Shown: positions 1 to 14,273, counted from the stretch's first letter. The stretch is 64,000 bases of DNA from Eledone cirrhosa (GCA_964016885.1 OZ024741.1:392956001-393020000), one strand, 5' to 3'. Numbers and translations: made by a program. Notes: generated by a model from the sequence alone, not told the origin.

Positions 1-152
1 TATATAATATATATATATATATTATATATAATATATATAATATATATATATATATATTATATATAATATATATAATATATATATATATATATTATATATA
101 ATATATATAAAATATATATATATATATATAATATATATAATATATATATATA

Positions 153-231
<79 letters not shown>
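1..231. repeat. (TA)n microsatellite
   Basis: Imperfect TA dinucleotide tract. Confidence 0.98.
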
Positions 232-233
<2 letters not shown>

Positions 234-969
234 CGGCCGGAAAATTATATTCCCATTTGCCCTTTATAGCATAACTCTCTGCATTTACTGCGGTTATGAG
301 AAGCGATTCTTATTCGGGTACAACTTCTGATTTAGCCTAAGAAAATATCTATATGCGTGTGTAATTTATACAAGCATATATTTATTTTTTTTATTTTCAA
401 TTGAGTTCTTAAACACGTTGGATTGATAATGTTTTCAAAAAAACTAATTAACCCGCGTGTATATTATTTTTTTTCCTCATTTCGTGGATCGTGGGTTGTC
501 TCCCTTTCCCGCTTCGTGTCGCTATGATACTTCCTCAGTCAAAAACTGCTGGAATTTCAAATTTGGCGGTCATTCGAGGTGAGAGAGAGCAACTCTACGG
601 ACATGATTTTTGACAGCGGTAAGAAATTGTTTTCTTATATCAATGTTTAATGGGCTTCCACTGATGATTTATAAGTAGCCACCTAAATATATTCTTATAT
701 GAATATATATTAGGCTTCTACATAAACTGGAAATATTCTCCCAAACTTGTAGAAAACTTATAATGAAACAATTGTTTGCAAAGAGAGATATACTTTAACT
801 TTAATTATATCTCATAAAATAATACAACTGGTTTTTCCACATTATACATTTTGTTAGCACCCCAAACACTTAAATTGGGTTTATATTTTAATATAACCTA
901 ATGTTTGTTGAGTGAGATGGTTATCAGTCAGAGTTTAGCTTTAAACTATCTGTGTTATTGTATTAAAAA

Positions 970-2156
<1,187 letters not shown>

Positions 2157-2168
2157 AGAGAGAGAGAG

Positions 2169-2640
2169 ATATTAAAACAATGAAATTAAACACAAAACTG
2201 TTAATTCATAGTAAAACACATTATTTTACTATCGTTTCTGGGGGGTAGTTCTCTTTATGTTCATTCAATTATTGATCTATGTAAAACATATTACAAAATA
2301 TCATAGTGAGAAAAAGATACATACGTCTCCACTACCCGCCGTCTTCAGAAGTATGTGGAGACGTATGTATCTTTTTCTCACTATGATATTTTGTAATATG
2401 TTTTACATAGATCAATAATTGAATGAACATAAAGAGAACTACCCCCCAGAAACGATAGTAAAATAATGTGTTTTACTATGAATTAACAGTTTTGTGTTTA
2501 ATTTCATTGTTTTAATATTACTATTTTGACTCTGTATCCAATTGAATTATATCGTTGATAAAAATGTTTGTATTTTAAACTTTGCTTCACGACATCTACA
2601 TACGGATTACATTGAGTTCTTTATACGGTTGAGTGGTAGA

Positions 2641-2645
<5 letters not shown>
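2169..2645 (+). mobile_element. Hairpin element: 164-bp inverted arms plus ~125-bp tail, probably a PLE-type 3' end with 5' inversion
   Basis: 2169-2332 is the reverse complement of 2355-2518 with a 22-nt loop; the tail shares motifs with 30700-30833. Confidence 0.8.
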
Positions 2646-2736
<91 letters not shown>

Positions 2737-2831
2737 TATATATATATATATATATATATACAGATATATATATATATATATATACAGATATATATATATA
2801 TATATACAGATATATATATATATATATATAC

Positions 2832-2891
<60 letters not shown>
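2645..2891. repeat. (TA)n with periodic CAGA interruptions
   Basis: Direct reading. Confidence 0.95.
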
Positions 2892-2895
<4 letters not shown>

Positions 2896-3714
2896 ATACT
2901 TGGGGAGGGTCATATTTGTGTAATATTGCCAGAATTAATAACAGAACACACTCACTGTTTGGTTGGTTTTCGCTTCTCGCTGTCTTTTATATCTGCGATC
3001 TAACTTACTCGGTCCTCAATGTTGCCATTGACTGACCGACGGTCAAAAATAATACAGATACAATATAGACACAAACACATATATATAGTTTACATAATTT
3101 ACATAAATCTTTCGTTGCACATCTGCATATATATATATATGTATATATATATATCAGCGGATTCGAAGGGACACATCCTACTTCTCTCTCTCCGATCTAT
3201 CGGCCTGTCTATCTAATTTGTTCGTTGTTCACGCATACAACAAACCAGCAGAAATCTATTTTTGTTGTTGCATGAGCCAACAATTATATAAATGCTGCAA
3301 AACTACATTCTGGTATGAGAGCTAAGGAGGTCAGGTGATGTTTGTGTGATTTCGTACATTTTCATTTTCTCCATTTTCTTCCTTTGCTCTTCTCATCCTA
3401 TCACTTTTGCTGACCAACACATTTCTAGACGTCGATCCCTGTCCTTGGTGGCATTTTGCTGTTTTGGCAGCTATCCTTGTGTTGAGTTTTTCTAATACAC
3501 TCACGTCTCACCTCGATCTTCGAGAAATTTTGTTTATATATTATATATATTATATATATTATATATACATGTGTGAGTGTGCGTGCGTGCGTGCGTGCGT
3601 GCGTGCGTACGTGCGTGCGTGCGTGCGTACGTGCGTGCGTGCGTGCGTGCGTGTGTGTGTGTGTGTGTGTGTGAGCATATATATAAATAAAAATTATTAA
3701 AACTTATGGTGGTA

Positions 3715-3960
3715 CTGCAACCTCACTTTGATTACCTTAGTTTTCCTTCTGAAAATTGTCCTGTCTCCATGAGATCACCACTAGATATTTCTTCATTCAT
3801 TTAATTAAATCCAACTTGCTGTACCAGCCCGACAATTCCACAGTAAACATTTTCCAAGAAATTTGCAATGCAGTCTCGTTAGATTTTACTCCAAGCACGG
3901 TTCATTGTAGTGGTTTCCACTCCTCCCTTTGTCTTTGTCAAATTTACAAGACTGTACTAT
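3715..3960 (-). pseudogene. Tigger/pogo (TcMar) transposase C-terminal remnant
   Basis: Minus-strand translation VETTTMNRAWSKI*RDC..IVGLVQQVGF resembles the Tigger C-terminal region; continues the 7090-7830 remnant across the hAT insertion. Confidence 0.6.
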
Positions 3961-3972
3961 CACTGTGTCAGT

Positions 3973-6900
3973 CAGGGATTCTCAACCTTTTTTTCGCTGT
4001 GGACCACCAAAATAAGTAATTTTTTCCTGTGGACCACCTAAACTTTTAAATCTTTTGTAATAGAACTGCTACTTATAAGCATCAGTAGATGTTTTTTTTC
4101 AATGAATAAGAAAATGCTATTATCATGTCGCAGTGCCTAAAAATCTACGCAAATAAACAGCTGAAGTCGTACTTATGCGAAGAATAAGAACAGCGCTTTA
4201 AATCAAATGCATCGATCAAAAAAGAATTTGCTATTGCACCAAGCAACGCATAACTTATTCGTTATTAATATGAATTTTTTCGATTTCATATCTCAGCGAC
4301 AAATATGAAGCATTGATGTTGAGAATAAGTTTCTACTTCTAATTGGTAAGATCGATTTGATTGGTCAATACCATTTTCACTTTGCGATGAAAGTTCCTTT
4401 TTTGTTCCCCTAAGGGACATGTTTTAAGCACCAAGACGACAGAGAACAAACAAATGAGAACACCAATAAGAAAACCAATTTGAAAATGTCAATTTTTTTC
4501 AATAAAGCTTTATTTGATAGAATCGAAAAAGTCCTGGAAAATACTCCCTATCATTCAGATGAAATGGAAAGCTGTACAGTTTAAATATGATAATGTGTAG
4601 GGTAAGTTAAAAAAATGCGAAAATTTAAGTTGGGATCAGTACAAAAGGTCGTGTAAACGTTTGAGGGAATAAAACAAATTGAATTGAATTAAAAATGTCA
4701 ACGACAACACAATTACGCCGTCATCAGACAACACGTCAAAAAACTGTCAATGAGACCCTTGTGCTTGTTTTTGATCCACAAGTTTAGAAATCCTCGGCTC
4801 TATGTGGCTCAAGCGAAGTCTCAAATCGGCATTGTTGTCGAGGATCAAACGCCTCCGCTGCTTTGTGTATGTGTGGAGGACAATGGAAAATCCCTTTTCA
4901 GCCAAGTAAGATGTAGGGAGATTTATTATGAAAGGTTCGACTTGTTCAAACAGCTTTGGATATTTTTGACAATGATTCAACCAAGCCTCGACCCAGTTAG
5001 TTTCAGAAAATTTACGCAGATTATCATCTACCGTCACCTCACAGAGCTCCATCTGAAGACATTCTAGTTGAACAAGTATGTCGTTCATAGACATTGTGTG
5101 AAGAGAATCCACAAAAATTGGGATATTTAAAGCCAAAAGATCTTCAAAACGATTATTGAAGTTTTCGTGAAGGAAAGATAGATGCTCGATTATAGATTTG
5201 CGCAAGTCATTATCTACCGCAACAGTTTTTAAGCTCTCGAACTGCGAAAAGTTATGATCTTCAATTTGAATTTTCCATAGAACGAGCTTATTCATGAAAG
5301 CCCTTATCAAGTGTTTGGCACGTACAACGTTGATGTTCTGCTTTTGCAAAGAAAGGTTAAGATCATTTAGTTTTTGAAAGATCTCATGTAAGTACAAAAT
5401 TGCGGGTTTTTTCTCAGAAAGTGATGCTGTCATAATTGGATCAGTCTGTTGAAGAAATTCTATGACTTTATCGAAGAGTGCAACAAAACGTCCAAGGCAG
5501 CTTCCCATTGAGAGCCAGCGTATATCTGTCGAATACAACAGATGGTTGAACGTTTCATCTTTACAAGCTTCTTGGAAAAGCCTGTCCCGAAGACCAGATC
5601 TTTTGATCTTGTTGACTGCGGAAACAATTGTGTTAAGGATTTCAGAAAAGGTATAACTTCCTATTTTTTTGTGCTATTAAATTTTCTCGATGGAGTACGC
5701 AATGAGTTGTGAAGATGTTGTGAAGATTAAATTCTCTCTATCTTGCAACAAAACCCTGGGATTTTCTAACCATAGAGGCTGCCCCATCAGTGCATATTGA
5801 TGTGATGTTGTGGGGATCAATGTCACTTTTAGTGAGAAAATCCATGACTGCATTGTAGATCATCTCTCCAGTGTTTTTCAGTACAGTTGTCATAAAAGGT
5901 AGGTTTTCACAAACTGTGGTCCCTTTTACATAGCGAGCAAAAGCAAGCACAACACATTGGTTGTCAAAAGTGCTGTCATTCACCATCAACGAAAATCTGC
6001 AGTGTCGCAATTCTTCTACAACTGTAGATTTGACATCTTCAGCCTTTTCAGAAATGCGGGAAGATACCGTGCTGTTGGAAAGTGGAATAGTTGTTAAAAC
6101 TGAGGCAGCGTTCGACACATTAGCAACTTTATATCCTTCAAGTATTGAGGGCCTAATCAGGTCTTCGCCAATGGTATGTGGGCGACCCTGTTTTGCTATC
6201 GTGAGCGAAATGTTGTAGGACACTTGCAGACCAGAACTGTTGTTAGCATGGGATAGGAACATTTTCAGTGATGCAGATGACGCTTTTTTTTTGCGAAGAT
6301 ATTCTTCGAATTACTTCTTAGGCTTGCCATATAAATCGGGATGGACTAGTTTTTGATGATACAATAATTTCGAAGGTTTCATTCAGTCGTTAGTTAATAT
6401 TTTTTAGCAAGATGAAACACTGTGGTAATGAAGGATCTTCTGCGCTGGATAAAAAACCATATCTGATATAATTTGAGTTATATCGTCTACAAAATCGTTT
6501 TTCCGATTCGGTGAACGAAGAATTTAGAGAACGTTTTTTCCATATCGCTGACAACAAAATCTCTACAAACTACAATTAGACTAACACTTGCGTAAAAATG
6601 TACGTATCTGGAGAGATATGTTATGTTGGGTAAGCCGTAAGAACTGCTGTTTCGCTAGTAATCCTCAATTCAAAAGTCAGGTAGAAAACACGATCGTGTT
6701 GACCGGCCGAGAACACGCGATTTGTTGTGTGTTTTTATGCGCGCTAACGTCTGTACGCGTCTGTACTTGTCTGGTACGCGTCCGTGTATGATTGGATAGC
6801 TAATCGTCCAATAGAAAAGGCGTGCTCTCAAGTGCACTCACAGGTACGAGGTGTGATGAGGCATGTTTCATTTGTGTGACGTGTGCGTGTGCGGAAGAAT

Positions 6901-6990
6901 TTAAATTTTTCAGGTGGTCCACAGAAAATTTTCTGTGGACCACCTAAATTTTCCACTAGTGGTCTACATGGACCAGGTTGAGAACCCTTG
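3973..6990 (-). mobile_element. hAT transposon, Buster/Charlie (ZBED5/SCAND3-like) family, full-length, decayed
   Basis: TIRs CAGGGATTCTCAACC (3973) and GGTTGAGAACCCTTG (ends 6990); 8-bp TSD gtgtcagt/gtgtaagt; subterminal GTGGACCACC repeats at both ends. Confidence 0.93.
4747..6543 (-). pseudogene. hAT (Buster) transposase with frameshifts and stops
   Basis: Motifs KPSKL..H..HP (BED-like), PHTIGEDLIRP, IPLSNSTVSSRI, CTDGAASM, TDIRWLSMG, PTSYLAEKGFS and C-terminal QAQGSH; split over ORFs 5738-6262 and 4747-5538. Confidence 0.92.
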
Positions 6991-7100
6991 GTGTAAGTAT
7001 TGACAGGGACTAGCACTGTGGAGGTATTGACAGGGACTAGCACTGTGTAAGTATTGACAGGGGTTCTCGCTTGTGGAAATATTGACAGGGCTATCATTGA
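6991..7100. repeat. 27-bp tandem repeat GTATTGACAGGGACTAGCACTGTG(GAG/TAA)
   Basis: Units start at 6997, 7024, 7051 and ~7079; a degenerate unit lies left of the hAT (about 3950-3972). Confidence 0.8.
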
Positions 7101-7830
7101 TCCACACCAAACTTAATTTACAACAGGTTTAGTTTCACTATCTAAGAACTTAATTGCTTAAAGGTGCACCGTGAAAAGTGGGTTTAGAACGTAGTAATAA
7201 CTCCTTTATACATATTCTTGAATCAAGCTAGTTGAGTTTGGAGAGAGAAAAGTTACGTAAACACTATTTGTGAGGTCATACAGGTTAAGTGGGTGATTTG
7301 GACCATTGTTCACAAGAAGCAAGGCTTAATTTTCAAGTTTCTTTGTCCAACAATATTCTTTGACAGCTTGGCAAAAATGCAAAGTAAACCAGAATAGTGT
7401 TCTGGTGATTCGCCAGAAAGAGAGAATGCAATATAATCTTTTATAGCTAGCAAAAATCATATGTTCTTTGGCAGCCTTAAACAATGATGTATATATTTCC
7501 TTTCTTAGGCAATTTTGGCATTTGTTTCCATCTCATCGATGTTAAAAGTTTTCTGCAGGGTGTATCATCCTTCACCAGTAATAGTTTTCAGAAAAGCTGC
7601 AAAGGTAGCTGCAATTTTTTTGTCAGCACTTGCAGACTCCACCTGTTATTTCTATGTTATGCCATGTTGAACGATTCCTGAAATTATCAAACATACTATG
7701 TCTTGCCAGAGGTTTTCACTTTCAGCGCTAAAACCCTGTTGTTTTTTCTTAGGTCATCAAAATAAATCTAAAGCTTTCATTTATACGGCAAATAATGAAC
7801 ATGAAAAGTTACGCTGATGCATCCCGTCCA
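7090..7830 (-). pseudogene. Tigger/pogo DDE transposase remnant
   Basis: Minus-strand ESASADKKIAATFAAFLKTITGEG*YTLQKTFNIDE matches the Tigger ESASAD...FNxDET motif; downstream KGVITTF*THFSRCTF resembles DQGVIATFKAHY. Confidence 0.75.
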
Positions 7831-8652
7831 TTCATGTTTTTAAAATGTCTCCAGATTTTCTATTATATTGGTTCTATTTTTTGTTTGAGTTGTAGCACTT
7901 AAAGATGTTATAATTTGGGCATTAGCTTTAATTTTTGCAGCATTGAAAGTTTCGTACAGTTGTTGATTGCTGACAAAGAACTCTGCCAATATTTACAACT
8001 CATCGTCTATCATTGAATCTTCCTGGTGCTTCTGATTTAATTTCTTATTTATGGTCCCGTAACTCCCGATGGAGTCGTTGGGGCACCGTAAAGGCATACG
8101 GTGTTTCTTTGGTATTTTAAAGCTTGGTAGAGTCCAGATCAGAACACAGCCGATTTCTTCCAGAGAAGGATAGAAAGTGAGAGAGAAGATCTGATAACGA
8201 TATAGAGCAAGAATCGACTTCAGTACTTGATTGGTACTTTTTTTTATCGATCTCCAAAGGATTACACTTTTTACCTTCTTGTACCTTAAATGTACATTCA
8301 ACTGCCACGACACCAGGGATAAATTCAGAAATAAATAAATGTAAAGTGAAAATTGGAGTACTTCCTATCATTACTCAATCAAAACCAAGCAATAAAAAAG
8401 TAGCTAGATTTGAATCTGACAGATTTCGAAGTAGTTCGTTGATTTCCCGTTATCTTTTAATTTATACAGGTAAACCTTTCTACATTTAACAACGCATTCC
8501 CAGTCTATTACAATTTCCATTTAATCCCATGTCTAAAAGGACAGCAGAAAGGTAATTTAATCGTGGAAAACCGCAAAAAATAATTTACCGTACATCGCAA
8601 ACAATAGAGTTACCTCTGAAACACTTAAGTAGATTAAGGATAACTTGAACCG

Positions 8653-9243
8653 TTAAGGCTTCTGTCTGACCTCGCAGAGTCCCACGATTTTCCAGTTGTA
8701 TCTCTCCAGTTCATGTGTGAGTTCCTGCAGTTTGCCATGTTGGGCAAGTGTTCTCACGTTCCATGTGGCAAATTTGATGTTCTCCTTCATGTGGAACTTT
8801 TTCGACGAGATTTCAGTTGCATATTTAACACCTCGGCCCTGATGTACGACGGATGGTGCGGTCTTTGTTAAGCTTGGTGACACCGAGCTAGTATTGAAGT
8901 TGGTGATTTGTTCATTTCTCATGCAGTGTGTCTTCGGCAATGTGAGCCTGCGAGCACCCATCCCTCTCCAAGCTTAACCACAGCCGAATTCCTATATCTA
9001 GGTGGCACGCTCTGGTCGCGAACACGTGGCCGTCGTAGTTTATCTCGGAACTCATCCATCCTGGCCAGTGACCTGCGTCAGGAAGTCCTTCGCCCAATGG
9101 TGCCGTGTTAACACCACCCCCTCACATGGTTTAGTTCACCTTCTAAAGCGGTTTACCAGGGAATGGCGCTTGGAGCCAGATGTGTTGGATGGGGTCTAGT
9201 GCTTCCCGCCCACCCGAAGGTGCAGCGTGCCAGGGACCAATGG
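8653..9243 (-). mobile_element. 5' part (5'UTR and start of APE endonuclease) of an RTE-type LINE
   Basis: IKFATWNVRTLAQHGKLQELTHELERYNWKIVGLCEVR is the APE N-terminus, preceded by a GC-richer leader. Confidence 0.8.
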
Positions 9244-9688
9244 TACTATATATATATAAGTGTATGTGTGTGTGTGTGTGCGAGTGTATATATGCATACA
9301 TATTACTAGAATATTGAGTCCAACAATAAGCTCCACGCATTTCATCACGTACAAGAGTCTAATGCAGCCTGGCTTTAAATGACATTAAAAACTCATAAGA
9401 CAAAACATTACAACGACCCTAAGCAAAAACTCATAGAGAGCATATACTACAAGAATACCTAAATAACAAAATCTCAGTGACGCGCAGCCAAAAGCAGATA
9501 TACCACAGTGCGTACTGCTAAAGACCATTGTGATATATATTGTTTTATTCAAACATGAAAGTGTTAATTACATGACAAATATTGTTACATCCGCCACATA
9601 ACCACTACTCTTCTATGTTAGACACAGAACTCTGGATGGAAACTAGGAATGATTAAGCCTAAATCCCCTATTCATAATATACCAAACC

Positions 9689-9964
9689 TGTTGTATTCCT
9701 CTCGGTACTCGCAGAGAAAACACAACGAGTTATATCAAATAATTTGTGTAATTTGCGAAACAACCAAAACGCCCCTCCTCGCAGTAGCAGAATAACATAA
9801 AGTAAGTAAGTAGCAGTCTGTGACCGAGTTTTTAATACCAACGCTGACTGACTGCCCAGGTCACGTGATTCATATGCAAATGTGTGAGCACGTGTAAATT
9901 GAATAGAAATTTAACAGTCCATACAACAATGAGGTTGTGAGTTCGATTCCCAGTCCATACAACA
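9689..9964 (-). repeat. 3' LTR (276 bp)
   Basis: Identical by eye to 14301-14576; preceded on the minus strand by the purine tract GGTGGGGAGG. Confidence 0.97.
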
Positions 9965-9998
9965 CCTCCCCACCGAAATTGATGCGACAAAAGAAGCA

Positions 9999-12900
9999 TC
10001 AACAGCAAAGTCTCTCTGGGGGTTTACGAGTTCTCTTGGACCGTCTTCGATTGTCTGGTCCATACTCTGGAACGGGCAATAAGGTCTTGGGTCTGGTCTG
10101 TCTTGGAGTTAGTGGCACGATTTCCGAGATCTCCATCGGGTGATCTGTTGCAAATTCAAAAACAGTGTCTACTGCATCACCAGGTTCATTGTCTTCCTCA
10201 GTAGTGTACCGCGGTTGCAGCTGTTCCCAGTGTCGTCTCCACACCGGGCCATGAGGTATGACCTTAACGTTGAAGCAGCGAGTACCCAATGACTTCTTAA
10301 TGATTGCTGGTACACATCGGGGATCTTTGTCTCGGCGAGGTTCGTAGTACAGTGCATACACAGGATCTCCAGCCTTGTACTGCCTGGTAACCTTAGCGAC
10401 ACCTGCCGAGTCCAGAGTCATCTGAGACTTATATGCTTCCTTAGAGTGCTTGCCTTGAGCGATGTGTGCTGGCGAGGGCAGCAGAGAATCAATCTTTGTC
10501 CGTATCTGCCGGTGATTCAAAAGTTCACTCGGAGAGAATCCACTGGATGTCGGTGTTCTCCGGTACTGTATCAAGAACTCTTGAAGTGCTCGCTTCGGCG
10601 GAAGAGAAGTCTTCCTCAGAGCTTGTTTGAAGGTCTGCACCAAACGTTCCGCTGCTCCGTTAGTAGCTGGGTGGTAAGGTGCCCCTGTCAGGTGCGTTAT
10701 CCCACGTTCTTTGCACCAGCTCTGGAACTCCTCAGAAATAAAAGTTGGTGCGTTATCGGTGACTAGCGTGTGAGGAAATCCGAAGTGCGCAAAGTCTTCT
10801 TCAAGCAGATCTAAAGTGGCTCTGGAGGACGTGGATGACATAGGATGAATGCATGGATACTTGGAATAAGCATCCGTGATCACCAACCAATTACTGCCCA
10901 TGAAATTTATTGCGTGGTCCTGGTGTAAGCGGCTCCACGGCTTTTCAGGTAACATCCATGGGCGAACTGGAGACTTGGATGGCTGGTTTTGATGTTCACC
11001 ACAGGAATCACATTGTCGACTGGTTTTCTCTATAGCAGCATCGATACCAAGCCAATAAACAGCAGTTCTTGCCAATTGTTTCATGCGCTCCATGCCAAAG
11101 TGTCCGAGATGCAGAAGATTGAGGATCTTTGGCTGTAAGCTATGTGGAATCACAACTCTCGATCCATGGATAAGGCATCCGTGGCAGATACTGAGTGAAT
11201 CCGATAACTTCCGGAACTTATTGACTTCGTCATTGATCTCAGTATTCTTTGGTGGCCAGCCTTCACGGACGTAGCGTATCACTGTAGATATCACTGGATC
11301 TTTCCTTGACTCTTGACGGAGGACGTTAGAATCGATAGGTTGGACTTGAAGACTGAGAGCTTTGATGGCGCACACCATGTCCATGTCTTCACCATTTTCC
11401 TTCCTGTCAAAGTCGATGTCATTACCAAATGGCAAGCGACTGAGGGCATCTGCATTGCCATGATCCGCTGTTTTCCGATATTCGATGGTGTAGTCAAACT
11501 GGTTCAGCCACAGGGCCCATCGTGCTAGTCGGTTAGCAGCGAGAAGTGGCATCCCTTTCCTCGGACTGAACAGTGATGTCAGTGGCTTGTGGTCAGTTAC
11601 GAGTATAAGCTGATGTCCGTACAGATACTGATAGAACTTCTGCAAGCCAAATATGATGGCCAGGGCTTCCTTTTGAATTTGGCCGTAGTTACGCTGTGCA
11701 GAAGTAAGAGTCTTGGACACATTGTATATTGGGCGCTCGCTTCCATCAGGATAGCGATGAAACAGGACTGCTCCAATACCAACGTTTGACGCGTCGCAAG
11801 CCAGTCCCAAAGTTTTGTTTGGATCGAAGTGTATCAGAACTCGATCCGATGAAAGCACATTTTTCAACTGATCGAAAGCTGACTGTTCTTCATCTCCCCA
11901 CTTCCAAGTAGTCGTTTTTTTCGTAAGGCAATAGAGTGGCTCTGCCATGCTGGCCAGGTTTGGGATAAACTTTCCATAGAACTGAACTGAACCCAGGAAA
12001 GACTTCAAGCTTGAGACGTTCGTTGGAGGTGGCATCTTTAAAACTGCTTCGACCTTGGATCCCTTCGCGATCCCTTCAGCCGACAAGGTGTGTCCAAGGT
12101 ATTCCACACTGGGTAGTGCAAACTGGCACTTGTCACAGCGACATCTGAGTCCTTTGTCGCACAGACGTGTGAGCAGACACTTTAGGTTGTTCAGGTGATC
12201 GTTTGCATCTTTCCCACTGACGAGCATGTCGTCCTGGAAGACGGCCACACCAGGTAGATCTTGAGTCAGGTTTTCCATGATCTCCTGAAAGTAACCAGGT
12301 GCTGACTTGATTCCGAAAGGGAGTCATTCCTGCAGGAGCACCCCACAGTGAGTGCTGAGTGCAAGCCTGCGTTGACTTTCTGGAGCCAGCTTGATCTGAT
12401 TATAGGCATCAGCAAGATCAATCTTTGTGTATCCGAATCCACCTCCGAGCTTCTGCATCAGTTCCTCTGGGAGTGGCATTGGATGACGATGATCTGCAAG
12501 TTGGTCATTAATTCCCACAGAGTAGTCACCACAAATCCGCAGTTTGGGCTTCAGGTTGCCTGAAGTATGTGCTTTACGAATCGGTACCACTGGCGTTCCG
12601 TATTCGTTGAACTGTACTGGCTTCCAGATTCCTTTGGCGATGCCTTCTTTGTAACCTTTGGCCAGGTCATCACGAAGAGCAAACGGGACCGGGCGTGCCT
12701 TGTGAAAGACCGATGTCGCGTTCGACTTGAACTTCACTTCCAGTTCGAAGTCATTAAGACATCCCAATTCTTGCTTGAAGAGATCTGGGAATTCATCACA
12801 CATGTTGTGACAATCTCGTTGCATGGAAATATAGGGCTCATTTGAGGTCTTTGGATGCATCACTTCTGCACCCTCACTCTTGGCCTGGCTGTCTATGCTT

Positions 12901-14237
12901 TTCAATCCTAGACCATTGTCCACGGAAATTCCCAGAGTCTGGATAGCGTTTCGTCCCAGCAAATTAAGATCAGGGATCTTGGTGACGATGTAGGGTATTG
13001 AATTCCGTTTACCGGTCGTTGGATCCTTGAAAGTTCCCAGAACGGGCAGGTCGTGCTTGCTGGCAGATTCAAACCGATGTTTGACATCTTGCAGCTTCGG
13101 TTTTCCTAATTGTTTCCAAACTGACAAGGAAACAAAATTGCCTGTAGTAGCTGTGTCCAATTCCATTGTGAAAAGTCTGTTCTGGATTGTTATTGGCACA
13201 TTCAAACTATGAGTATCGTGGGGAACTTCACCAAGGATCGCCTTGACTAGCTCAGCTTTCGTGATTCTTTTCACGTAATTCTGTGAGCGATGATTACGTT
13301 GCTGATGTTGTTTCTTTCTACACATCGCTTGCAAATGTCCCTTTTTGTCACAAAAATGACATTTAGTTTCTTTGAAGGGGCAGTCTGTCGCTTTGTGGGC
13401 CTTTCCACATCGGTAGCACATCTCCTGGTCTGTGGAATAAGACTGCTGATAGTTCTTTCGAGGACCCTTGTTCTTGTTCTGCTGGACCTTGTAGACTTGC
13501 TTGGTTTTGGAACCGTAAACAGTTTCCTTGGCAACCTTTGCTGCGTCTTCGGTCCCGATGGCAACTTGGACAGCACGGGCGAAATCTAGTTCTGTATCCT
13601 TGATCTTGAAAATAGCCTTCAACACAGCTTCATTATTGATAGAACATATAAATCTCTGTCTTAGAGCTTCATCTTGTGGATTTGTGATCGAAGGAAAATC
13701 ACAGGTAGCTGCATCCTGACGTATACGTGCTGCCAGTTCCTGGAGAGTTTCGCCTGGCTTCCGTTGCATGTCACTCCAGAACTTGAAACGTTCTCTCACA
13801 ATGAAAAGTTTTGGGTCGAACTGTTCTTTCATGAAGTCAACAATTTCGTCCATTGTCAACTTGTTGATATTCTTAGGCGGATTTTGTTGAGCAGCCAGAT
13901 TTGCAAGTTGTTTGTAGATAGCAGCCGTCTGATTAGTCAGGAACACTTGTGCCATGCGTTGCTCGGGTACAGCGTTAACAGCCACAAACGTGCAGAATCT
14001 TGACCAGTAATCAGGCCATAGTTCTGTTGTTGAATCAAAAGCAGCAAATGGTGGGATGAATGCTGTTGGTGTCGAAGCAACTGGCGACGCCAATAAACTC
14101 TGTTGTTCAGAATCTCGAGCACCAAACAGTTTTATCAGAGTGTTCATATCTTTCTTGTGTTGTTCCTGTTGTTGCATTTGTTGTTCCATCTGTTCTCTAA
14201 ACAACTTTATTAGCTCCGCTGTTTGTTGTTCCGCCAT
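9999..14237 (-). pseudogene. Gypsy gag-pol single ORF with one in-frame stop (TGA at 12324-12326)
   Basis: Gag CCHC knuckles (CYRCGKAHKATDC, CHFCDKKGHLQAMC), protease MELDTAT, RT KIDLADAYNQ..LQE*LPFGIKSAPGYFQ..FQDD, RNase H ACDASNVGIG, integrase H-H-C-C, TDNAP, NGAAERLV. Likely start is MAEQQ at 14237. Confidence 0.93.
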
Positions 14238-14273
14238 GTTTTTGTGATAAACAATTTCCCGGCAATGTAGGTA

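Noticed and set aside
661-680. CTGATGA at 661 and ~47829 as hammerheads
   Set aside because: No stem II, GAAA or stem I partner.
6991-7100. 27-bp repeats as a CRISPR array
   Set aside because: No unique spacers, eukaryotic context, no cas genes.
7990-8640. Possible N-terminal remnant of another DNA transposase with a terminus near 8640
   Set aside because: Too decayed; no motif or TIR partner could be confirmed.
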